A stretch of 64,000 nucleotides of DNA, taken from a virus. The position numbers and the translations under genes were made by a program. The notes below the pieces were generated by a model. The model was not told the origin of the DNA, did no database searches, and saw only the letters and a list, made by a program, of their open reading frames with translations. Shown one piece after another: positions 22,101 through 32,000 of the stretch. The stretch spans positions 1 through 64,000 of the IMG/VR virus record IMGVR_UViG_3300041809_000308, one strand, 5' to 3'. Positions within the stretch are counted from its first letter, which is position 1. Each line of letters starts with the position of its first letter.

Positions 22101-23046
22101 GAACAAGTATGGGAAGCACGCCGTGATTTTCCAAGCCCCCGGTGTTGAAGTCTACCATTATGGGGACTCGGAACGTCAGGTCATCTTCAAAGGCTCAGAC
22201 GCCCACAACCTGATCCCGGTGTACAACTCCTATGGAGATTGGTCTCTGCCAGAGGTACAAAATGGAGCCTATGAGGAGCCCGTGTTCACTTCAGGTTCCT
22301 TGCAGGAGATTGTAGCATGGATTCAGACCAACTATACCAAGTATCGGAAGAGCATCGTAAAGAGAGCCAGCTTCAAAAAAGCCTACGATGACGACTTTGA
22401 TTACGACACCGCCGAAGCCCACTTCGATGACGAAAGGACCGTGGCAGCGAACATCATCTCCGAATTCAAACAACACCGAAACGACCCCAACTATCGAATG
22501 GAGTGGGACGTAGTTCCTGCTGCTCGACTCATCAAAATCTGGAACGACTACATGAATACTGGATTCGTTCGGGACGAGAAGGGTATTAACATGATAGCCG
22601 AAATCGTTCTAACCAACATTGCCAAATTGAATGTCAACACCATCCTGTGCGGTCATTCTGAGCAAGACCCGGTGGCCTATGCTGATGACGTTATGGGCGG
22701 CGAGGGGGAAGAGGAACTCCCTGAGGACTATTTTTACATTGATGGTGCGTTTTTTGACGATGAAAAAGGAGCCTTGCGTATCAGCGACTATGCCCTGAAG
22801 CCTCTGTCTCAGGATGAGTGGAAGCTACGTCGAGCTAAGACAGCCGAGGAGAAACTACAAATCCTCGACCACATCTTAAACATCATCCACTGTCGTTCTG
22901 ACCTCTCCAGTTGGTTCGTACAGGGGGGTCGAGCCACGCTCAATCGGCTGGCTGGGACAGGAGACAGCCTTGAACCTAAGAAGAAGCCCAAAATCACCAA
23001 TCCTTTACTGAAAAAGAAGACTCTCAAACCCAAAAGTAGGGGATAG
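16144..23046 (+). CDS. giant polyvalent protein B (2300 aa, ~13 modules: ~6 ART-like, HExxH peptidase with hydrophobic leader, papain-like, unknowns)
   Basis: Three paralogous (F/W)Pxx(V)(Y/W)R...G.(C/Y)W...DW..T...E.EI modules; YLYHVT; LGYDGI; HETTHIMQ; GNC...H...YDA. KxA/KVG linkers. Confidence 0.85.
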   Translation: MNNQLLKQKVGVWARGASEAPDYEQERDKKFNELASAQRGEPETAMLRCQMHPLGAGIGPKTLEHVGDLTHRMSENFSHFHGQYLNVKDKVEKTLYWLTNPYGFEREMSGNLLNNYTARADDPKVRGRSFDELKQDFFSKWDDYAAAHAKLTVYNKAQEHARGAAISLGRRDFRMAILYLEALKKILDAGEEAWMTAAGQYTPGKVAATSTVTASIEKEAGLANILKGLGVALLGLAGTAAVLKPAPAPTSPKDKALNQIGHEMIKRLPQSIQNKIGDPNTITFREGEPDGSQNSKEIAEVAEGSRVVYINPKYVNDFLHTNLSDQWTAHETTHIMQDELDPQGNRFPATNPSDPYGKMKDVENSWKTLQGLRAKGDRMWDHSREEQAAIVQEYEAAVDMRDLTTDPAQKKQIEQKIQVYQQYIADYDQLKVGSHHKLYDHANLPNFYDLFESGKPGCSFGIYDLLEGDDWEPYEDEAEKLAAEQGVDLKSMADDWKDQWIYDNIARADLEAKFNKVRDHFAKIQFPLTVYRAIDLPDGIDELRVEKKPYRGPNKFKQYHLDDEVFGHCWAWDERGAKAYGGTNPLGSLNEDTYIFRGEIISSNDIDWETTLQVNFMMPEEHEIRVLNGRSIKITGYKQNGGQWLVPEESFKNVVASHTPQRLPTWIEFRGSEEDDEVEQEFNEWVKMYRKRKFPMKVWRVATLPQGIASLRTEQNEIGIYWTWNIDSAEAMNGTGVDGENNWLLEGEIEEDAVDWFDTLTANLDPIHGDDECEITLKTGAKVRLLRYAPCMPGTPNSWLKKDTFKPLNKIVIASSPLLASHKTPPLSDTVYPNTDADNEFELNSGEGSNGYANIPERVDGDETMPSIESLLPRQSALEGDGPVSFFEEVENPHSVQPLHAPDPPPLEEEMKTATVAIRRGEIDPAGAYFSLPGQSTYHDEEMVGVDPGLHSYDVSGVNIADTSKLGVAVSIIEEAMKSAKTERERVRLSELLLMAKVNGPFINYIDNDQLPLPEAAKRLGYDGILVWENDDIANPSSAFIWNTGKVKKVAAPASAVLPSDFEQFCQKYGGFMKVFGEIADFGSGDWEQYAEFYETDEQEEFDALPDSEKEKVMERRAYEDWEYRYNELRAMHASWSWPLKVWRCVTLENIQQLKTKGIGVYWSYEEGAAQAHWGQGGRPYTLEGQITENAVDWESTIYANLHPSLGEDEKEIRLKDGAPVKLLRWEDTTGKWHNALPEWKRVKAAVKPPKSEAPIWGRWWVTPTGEFVPAIGTGKYEGRSIHDGGQFGFEDKGKWGTDYYVPAEEAALEAGYTRLIVEPSIVYMQFWSRSQTEKKAGEIIRRVPVTVRWVEVAWSVPTHGYQKLPLAEAEERFQNTGDETRVIASTKKYLYHVTYLGNLDNIAQSGLTPNANTGIGGPALREYKSGKIFLSDAGGVFFWLNRAEQFAYHNSDNPADDGLIPVVLRVRAPKNLVKDEEGSSDSGHEAFWCPNVESGIEVWTGDRWENIYSANLNPQEFVDEEGYIQDSALNSPKLATDGDANAYVPREEAESPALHREPMFEDEKAASEAPYAAYSPRHSIDNPQLHKDPVFETDQEAWDAALPNHKVGGKKKYGPLFREVPVVEGGEAWDGRDVWEYPVNVGASPDEAPQANISQVIKDLVKEYGETPLQINQGNCDSFAFDVAERVAGCIVLEAGGMVWEESEHPAHLFIYYQNKFYDAAHPNGVAHWEDLYTLERKKKVGAKEDLLSLKYYLTMTPEQKAEEVARTFTETFVDWLEEEEIQLPAPPKRKPVAHELPTALPHEGPEGWDVVQADGKMRLTNGGAVPAGTLALKNGYGQIVATGKDEAEILANWRDLVDKGYKAGDAERAKYDGDILEGLREHDEDAWAAIPKQVFVQFMDAKEDYLMQGDPADCPSFMHMAFEKMLPKQWLIHKTDDPEGICANGFTIGMHDVARLGLTTYYKDSGKIGGYNFAFTADDARQAENKYGKHAVIFQAPGVEVYHYGDSERQVIFKGSDAHNLIPVYNSYGDWSLPEVQNGAYEEPVFTSGSLQEIVAWIQTNYTKYRKSIVKRASFKKAYDDDFDYDTAEAHFDDERTVAANIISEFKQHRNDPNYRMEWDVVPAARLIKIWNDYMNTGFVRDEKGINMIAEIVLTNIAKLNVNTILCGHSEQDPVAYADDVMGGEGEEELPEDYFYIDGAFFDDEKGALRISDYALKPLSQDEWKLRRAKTAEEKLQILDHILNIIHCRSDLSSWFVQGGRATLNRLAGTGDSLEPKKKPKITNPLLKKKTLKPKSRG

Positions 23047-26000
23047 TGATGGAGCATCCTGACTACTACATGGAAGAGGGCTGTGGTATCTACGCCTTGG
23101 CCGTAGCGTCCAAGTACCCAAATGCCGAAATCTACATCATTTCCCGGAACCACGGTGAAGAGTGGAGCCGGTCGATCCCCTATGAAATAACTCATGTGTT
23201 CTGCCGTGTTCCCGGCGAAGGCGACTTCGATGTTAGGGGCAAGCGTACTCCTGACCAAATGGCTGCTGACTTTGATACGGCTAACGACTACAGCATCAAA
23301 GGTCCATGGTCTCCGCAGGAGTTCTACGCCAAGTTCATGGGCAACTCAGACAACAAGCCCCTGTTTGGCACCAAAAAAGACATCAAAGAAGTGATGACGA
23401 AAATCGCTGCCGCTCCATCTTGGATTCCCACATTCAAACAATTGCTGAACGAGTATGGAGGAGACATCACCAAGGACGATAAGGCCAGTTACGATTACTA
23501 TGTTCCCATATTGAGCAAACTCAAGTTCCCCCTCACCATCTACCGCCAGATTTACGTGAATTCGTTGGATGACATCAAACTCAGGGGCAAGGGAAAGAAA
23601 CCCGGTCTAGGCAGGTTTTGGGCAGACAAGGAATCACTGGCATGTTCTCATAATGCGGATGAGGACAGTGGTGATATTGAAGTCCTTCTTCGTGCTGTCG
23701 TCCAGCCCACAGACATTGACTGGCTTGATACTTTCTATGCTCGAATCGTTTATGGAGAAGATGAAGCTGAAATCAGCATCGCTCCCGGAACGCCTCTCAA
23801 TGTTACCGGCATGAGAGTGAACAAAAGCAAATGGCAAGTCCCTCCTCCGGGGGTGAAGACCGCCGCTTCCACCCCAGTCCCCCCTGACAAATTGTCAGTT
23901 GAGATTGTGCGTGTCGGAGACGTTTGCAATGTCAATGACTACAATGGGTACGCCTGTATTTCTAAAAAGGCTTCTGGAGTGAAAGTGCGTGCTTACCACG
24001 GCACCACGAAAAACTTCGACGTGTTCGATACCCCAGCCATGTTCCACGTACGTCGCAAGTATTGTGAAGACTTGATTGCCGGTCAACCCGATGGTCATGT
24101 TGTTGAAGCTATCCTGACGTTCAAGAACCCGGCTGACCTCGACACTTTACACATGAGCCCAAGTGACCCCAAGTTCAAGGAGATGGCAAAGAGTCTTGAA
24201 GAGCAGGGTTACGATGGGGCACAGTATAAGAAGGAAGCATGGATTGCCTTCTACCCGGAACAGATTGAGATTGTTCGTCCCAAAGTTGCGGCTGAAGTCG
24301 CTGTACAAGAACCGGAAATTTCCACTCCTGAAGAAGATGACTACGCCATTGAACGGCAGACGTATGGCTTGCCCAAGGACTGGAAACCGGCAAAGCCGCC
24401 CGAGGTCAAGCGTGATGAACCGGCGACAGAAACACAAGTTCCGAAATCCGCCCCACCCCCGGTCGAACACAAGCAAAAGGTGCCGCGTCAACGCAAGCAA
24501 AAGATGCCGACTTACACCCCGCCAACTGAGAACAAAGCGTTTCTGCGGTGGTTTGGTAAATCCAAAGTTGTGGGCAGTAACGGTCAACCGCTAGTAGTGT
24601 ACCACGGTACGACTCATGACTTCGATGTGTTCAATACTGAATATGGCAACCCGGAGAATCACTATGGGGTGGGTTTCTATTTCACATCCTCGCGGGACGA
24701 TACCAAAAACTATGCCGGTGTCGGCCCCGACCTCACCAGTCGCATCGACCACGAAGCTGAAAACCTTGTCAACGAATGGCGTAGATGGCGGCACGGTGAG
24801 ATAGATTACGGTGTTGAACCGCCAGATTGGGTCATCGGCGGCTGGGCTGAGATGAGTGACGACGAGAAGCGTGAGGCATTTCAAGACATGGATTGGAGTG
24901 CCCAGTTAGCGATTGCCAAAGCTGAAGTCAAGAAGAAGCTGGTCGGTGAACACGGCGGAGCAGTGATGCCTTGCTACCTCCGCATTGTCAAGCCGGTGAT
25001 TGTAGCTCCTCATGGTGGAACCTATTTTACTCTTGGATACACACGAGATGGTGATTACAAGGGCAAGCTTTTCGACGCTGTGGTTCGAACGTTGACATAC
25101 CAGTTTTGGGGGGACACCTTCGGGGAAGATGCACACGATGGGTTGAACGCTTACGACTTTGAACAGAAGCTGCGTAAATCTGAAGCCATGATGGATGAGG
25201 ACATCATGAATGAAGGCGGGCCGGGGCCGGTCATCACTGAAATCTACAAGAACATGGGATTCGATGGAATCATTATGGAGAATCCCGCTCAGGAATTTCG
25301 TAACATGGGAATCGAGAGCGGCACCAAACACTACATCGTGTGGAACCCCAGTCAGATTAAATCCGCCTTGGGCAATGTGGGCAAGTTCAACAAGAAAAAC
25401 CCAAGCATCGTAGCTTCTGGTGAAGAAGATTTCCATGAGTACATTGGCAACTGCACCGATGACGCCGTGGTAGAGAGCGTGTTCGGCGATGCGACCTTGT
25501 TCGCTCAGGCATTGGAGAAGGCTACACCGATTGACGACACCACCATGCAGAGCGATGAATATGGCGTGCTCATCAAGTACGACCCGGAGACCGACATTCA
25601 TTCCTTCTACAAGACAGCGGCGAAGCGGATCAAGACTGTCGAAGAAATTGAACATCTCACCGAAGATGAAAAAGAACTGTGCAAGAAGACCAGACCAGCG
25701 TCTGACAAAACCGCCATGCCCAACTACGATTACTCGCACTATACTGACCGTGAAACAGCCATCAAGACATTGAATTTTGAGTATCAAAAGTATGGTGCGA
25801 ATGTTGTATTCAGTGCGGAAAATCCAGCCGATGACCGTTATCAGCCGGGGTACTTGGAAGCCAATATTGTGGATGACTACATAGTGGTTTCCGATGTCTT
25901 CATTGGCACATCATGGACAGGCACCGGGCTTGGTCAAATGCTTTACGATTACGCTATCTCTGAGTCCAAGAAAATGGGGCTGAGCTACTTTGTATCCTAT

Positions 26001-29000
26001 CCAATTCAATCCATGTCCGCCGATGGTAAAAAGGCTTGGGGACGTATTGCTAGGAGATATACAGTGACAACAGTGCCAACTGATACGGTTCATGTACCAT
26101 CAGAAGCCAAAGGAACTGCATATTCCACAGATGACTCGGTGGAGGGGCGTTTTCAAATAGATTTGAAAACTGTTTTGCCGAAAACTGCCGCTGTTAGCCC
26201 CGAGGTCAGCCAGTGGTTCCGTAAAATGGTCGAGTTGAAGAAACAGTTTCATGAGGATTCAATGCTTCCCCTACGCGAGGCCGAAGCTCAAGCTCTTCGT
26301 GAACTGGGTGCGACCGCTTCTCCTGAGGCTGTGGCACAAAGAATCCATGAACTTATCGGTGGGAGGGGGGATATTCAGGACAGGATGTACGACAATCCCC
26401 CGGAAATCAACAATGAGTACGAGGTTCAACAGTTCGGTAAACCTCTAAGCGAATTGCAAAGAGACGCGGAATTTGAGGACTGGGCTCGTAAGAAGGGGAT
26501 TGAGATTCCAGAGTTTCCAAAGACGGCAGCGAAGAAGAACAAGCCCACCGCTGTTGTTATTATGGGTGACTCGAATCTCATTGAAGACAATAAAAGGGCA
26601 GAAAGTTTTTACGAGGAGTTGGGCGCGTTTCTTGAGAAGCTGGGGTTTGAAGTTAGCTTTGATGAGGGAGAACCATACACCGAACCCGAACCAGCCGACC
26701 TCTGGATTGGACACAGTAGAGGCGCAGACAGGCTTCGGTTTGCCCCCAAAGGCACCGCTGTAATAGGCATCAATGTTCCCCAGTCCGATGAGGAGGTTGA
26801 TTATCCGATAATTAACAATCCAGATGACGCCATGTCAAAAAGGAAATTTGACCATGGTAAGTTAGTTCGGAGCAGTTGGACAGATGCACATTACACCCTC
26901 ACGGATGAAATGAAAGAAGAGTTGGTTAAGGTCATTTCAGAAGATGGTCTTATTAAGACGGCCAAGAGTCGGTATGTCGGCCCGTATGCCTTTTACATCG
27001 AGATTCCCTCGGCGGCTCGTGACCACTTTTGGAATGAGCCGCCAGAACACAACATGGAATTTTGGGCGTTCCGCAACACTCCTCGTGTGCTGAAGGGTGA
27101 ACGCATCATCTTCACTATGGATAAGAAGCCTGTGGCTGAGGCTGTGTGTGCCTATGTAGAGAAGCCGGGACAGTCGAAGTGTGAACTTACTGGAAAATAT
27201 GAGAAGCACTGGAAGGTCTACTGGGAGCCTAAAAACTTCAAAAAGTACAAAACTAAGACGGCGGCAGAGCCTGAATCAGTTCCTTGGCAAACAGTCTGGA
27301 AGCACATCGAAAAGAACAATCCGCACGAAGGACCGAGAGACGCCTTTTTAGGAATCCCCATTACTGGTAAGGGTGCCACTTGGGTTAAGGAAACGATTCA
27401 ACCTGATGACCCACGTATTGACCGTAATGAAACGTCTGCGTACAGCCTGTACCCAGCCTCGAAGCGAGATGTGAAGAAGTACATGAAGATGTATCAACAG
27501 GGTTCTCCCTTTCCACGTATTGTGTTGGGAGTACGGAGCAATAACAAGTTTGTAATCTATGATGGAGCCCACAGACTGCAAGCAGCAGTGAACCTTGGTG
27601 TGCCTATTGATGCTTATGTGGGATACCCAGAAGAAAATGCCCTTACTCAACGCCAAAGTAGCCTCAGAAATCCCTTGTTGGCAAAGAAGCTACCATCCCT
27701 CAATGAACTGAAGAGGAAATTTGTATGGAAGCCGAACCCCTCTTACTTTGAGTTAGAAGGTGGGTTTGATTCTTGGTATCTGTTGCCTGATGGCTCCTAC
27801 TTAAGTAGCAGGTTCAAGGATAGTGGTCATCACATGCACCATGGGCAGCTTGCCGCGTACGCTCTTGGAATGAACCCCGAGGACTTTGATGACGCTTATA
27901 TCAAAGAAGACACATGGGACAATATCCGAGAGTTCTCTCGTAAGTTCAAAGCCATACGCATCAATGTGACTGGCGACAGTGTGAATGTGGACGCTCTCTT
28001 TCCACCAACCCCCGCACAGATGCGTGAACTTGCCAGACTGAGCGCGGGGAACAAGAAGGTCTACTGGGCTGACGATAGCCCAATTACAAGCGAATGGCTG
28101 GGTAAGGGAACCTTCCCTGACTTCCAGCGTTGGCTGGACTCACGCTTCGCTCCATCCACCAAGACGGCGGCTGAATATGAGAATGCCTACCAGCAAGACA
28201 GAAATGAATATGCTGGTGAGTGGAAAGAAACCGAGACCGAGGATGAATCCCGTACTCGTTACCGTCGCAAGAACGAGTGGGAACAGTCGTTACTCGCCGC
28301 ACTGTCACTCGGAAAAATGAATCCCGATGATGCCGATACACGCAAGTATCTGGCAACGTCTATTGGTAGCCGTTTTGCTGATGCATTCAAGCCATTGCCA
28401 CAAGTGTTGTACCACGTCACAACAGCTAAGAGCAAAGTACAGAACGGCGGATTGCAGTCTCGTTTCGAACTCAGTATGCAAAACGGTCTTGGTCTAGGCG
28501 GCGGGGACAACAAGTCCATCAGCTTCACCGAGGACTTGGACATCGCCAAGGGCATTTATAGTGCCATGATTGAAGCTAAGCGCGTTGCTGCCGGTGAGTT
28601 CACAGTTCAGCAAATGATGGACATTGCAGCCAAGGGAGAGGGTGCCGACCGTCCATGGATTACTGAATTCGTTCGTTGGGCTGGTGCCTATCGTTCACAC
28701 AATGAGTGGAGCCCCGGCCAGCCGCTGCCTGAAGACATGCAAGCCATTCTGGAAGGCAAGAAAGTCCAGAGTGTGGGATTTGTTGCTCCCATGTCTGAGA
28801 GCAAGCTTAAGGAGACTGGCTACGAACCCATAGGTGAGGGCTGGCAAGGACGCGACGAGCACTTCTGGAGTGCCTTCAAACGGCCTATGACTCCCAAGGA
28901 GAAGCAGGACGTTGAGTTTGACCAGTACAAGGTCTTCTGCTATGCCCGTGAGAACGCTGGCGGGGCTCTGAATCCCCTGTTCTTCTCTACGGACGTTGAG

Positions 29001-32000
29001 GGGTTGGCGAAGGTTCCTGAGGCAGAGATTGCCATCCTGAAGTTCAAGCCCGTTCTCGGTGCCATGGGGACGCAGGAATCGGCTCTTGGTGAGTGGCGGA
29101 CTTACTCTGGTCAAGCTGTACAGTTGGTTGGTGATGTAAGCAAGACAGCCAGTGTCTACGATACCTACACCCCGGACGATGAGGATGACCACCCATTGTT
29201 TGATAAATTAATCTCATTGAAACCAGCGTTTGTTGAATGCGTTCAAAAACTGTACAATAAATGGAGGCCAACCAAAACCAAATCCGGTGGTCTTTGTGAC
29301 GACGTTGCAGCAGCATTCTCAGACATCATCCTGACTCATATAGCCATAGATGACATGGACACTGAACTTGGTGGATACACTGAACATGCATGGATTGTGG
29401 CTTACACTAAATCTGAATCATACGTAGTCGATGTTCCTTTCTGGAAATACGAATTCGGGAGTGGTGGGAACTGGAAGAAACTTCCCAATGTCCAATTCAC
29501 AGAAAACGACATCATAATTTTCCCCACAGATGAACTAATGGTTAAAACGGCGGCTGCCAACCCCCTTGTGATGTACCACGGCACCAGTGAGCCCTTCACA
29601 AAAGTGGATATGAGCAAAGGAGCACAGGGAGTGTTCTGGTTGACCTCCGACCCCAATTCTCTAAAGAGTGGAGAGCGCGGTGCATCAAGCACTAAGGTTA
29701 TCTTGCGTTGTTTGGTTATTATCAAGAACCCGGCTGGATGGGAAGAGTATGAAAAGAAAAGTATTGGTGAGTTGAAGCGCGATGGGTTCGATGGTGTCAT
29801 TCTGCCTGACCCTGATGGCAGTTTCGACGCCATTGTGTTCAAACCCAGTCAAGTGAAAATCGTGGGGGAGGAAAAGATTGCCTCCGGTTCAGTAGAAGTC
29901 TCACCCGAGGGTAGATTCAAGAACTTCACCCTCTCACTCGAAGAAAGAACTTTGGCAAACAAGCCCACAGTCACGATAAGTGCGTACACCATGGGGGAAG
30001 AAATCTATGTCGGTCATGTTACCTTTGTAAAACGTGATGACGGGAAGCTAGAGCCTGTGAATCTTGAAGTCTCATACAACTACCGTAGACAAGGGCTTGC
30101 TACAGCAATGTACATGTTCGCAGAGCAAAAAACCGGATGCAAAATTGCACCCGCTGTGGAACAAACAAGTAATGGAAGGCGACTGTGGAACCAACTAAAC
30201 CGTCCCTTCGGTAATAAAAAAGAAGCCAAACAGTTGAAAGACATTGAAGGCAACAGAGATTTGTTTTCAACTATTGTTAAGGAGCAAGGGCTCACTGTAG
30301 AAACAGACCCCAAAGGCATTCGGTCGGCAGTTCTGAGACAACCCCTAATCCTTCATCACGCTACTCCGAAAAAGAACCTGCTTGAAATCGAAAAGAATGG
30401 TCTCCAGCCTCGTTCGGATGATGGGTGTTACCCCATCGGGAGGAAACTGTTTCTTGGTCTCGAAGACACCTGTTCTCAATATTTAGGCGGTCTGGAAAAC
30501 ATTAAAAATAGTGTTGTGTTGGAGGTTACACTTCCGACAGGTACACGTATCTACGACAACGACTTTGAAGCGGATGAAGTGTTTATCCAAACTGCAATTC
30601 CTCCGACTGGGATTAGAAAAACCGCCGCCCGTGGTGAAGCATGGCGTGGTCACGCTGACCAAAGCGAGTCGGAGGAATCCAAGCGTGCATGGTATTTAGA
30701 AATGCTTAGAAAACTGATTAGTGAGGCGAAGAATACACTTCGTGATGAGGCTGACCCACTAGAGCAAAAGCGTCTGACTGAAGCCATTAAGACCTATGAG
30801 ACCTTAAGAGAGAACATGGGCACACAAGGTATTCTATCCCCATTCAAGAGCGCCCTCCTGAAGTCCGCTGCCGACCTGTGGCACGGTGGACGTATCTATG
30901 GGCCAATTCAGATTCAAGCACCAACAAAAGGTCGGTATGAAGCTGGGCCGGGGTTATATTTGACGACCAGCTACTCGCGTGCATCTTCGTATGCGAAAGG
31001 TGGAGGTTCAACCTTCCTTGTTTCATTGAAGGATGGTCTGAACTTTGCTAATAAGGTTGAGATTCCTTTGAACGAGGGTGCGGAATTTGCCACTCGTTAT
31101 TTAGGTAAGGGTAAACTAATCGCCAAGGACTTGAAAGCCAACTGCGAACGCATGAAGAAGAACACGTTCACGGCGGACATCCTCATCAACCTCACTGTCA
31201 ACTACGAAGCCGGTTCCGGGAAGAGAGGCATGTACTTGTTGAACTTCTTGGTCGAACATGGCGTTGACGCTGCAATTGAGGAGCAGGGCAACGGCGAACA
31301 GTGGGTTGTTGTTTTCAATCCCAAGGTGGTCACAAAGGTCAGGAAGATTCCCGCCGCTGAGGTCACCCCTGAGATGTGGCATCTTCCGAAAATTGCAGCT
31401 ATGACACCAGAACAGATGTTACAATCAGCAAAATTTTGGGAGAGCGCCTGTTTCTCTCACGGTGAACCGGGGAGAGTTCCCGCTGAGTCACTCAATTGGA
31501 GAGAAGAAACATTTGACCTTAACAAATTAAAGGGGTGGGCTCAAGGAGACTGGGATTGGCTGTATGAAGATGAAAGGGAGAGAGACATCGAGAATTTCGA
31601 GACTCTTGAAGGTGCAGAAAAATTTGTCAAAGAGATGTGCGAAGCTATCAAGGATGGGACAATCGAAGAGATAGTTGTAGCTCAGGGAACGGATAAGAAT
31701 TTCTATGTATGGGACGGCAATCACCGTGTGGGAATTGCCCACGTTATTGGTGTAAACACTCTACCAGCATTAGTGGGATACCAGAAGCCAAAGAAGACAG
31801 CCTCAAAGAAGAAACTTTCCATCCTGTATCTGGATGATTGTCGCGTGCCCGACGACCCTGAGGTCATTCATGTTCACAACTATCAGGAGTTCGTGCAATA
31901 TCTGAGCACGCACGAAATGCCTGACCTCATTTCGTTCGACCACGATATTGACCTTGAACACGCACCGACCGAAGAACAAGCACAAAAGCGTGATGACGAA

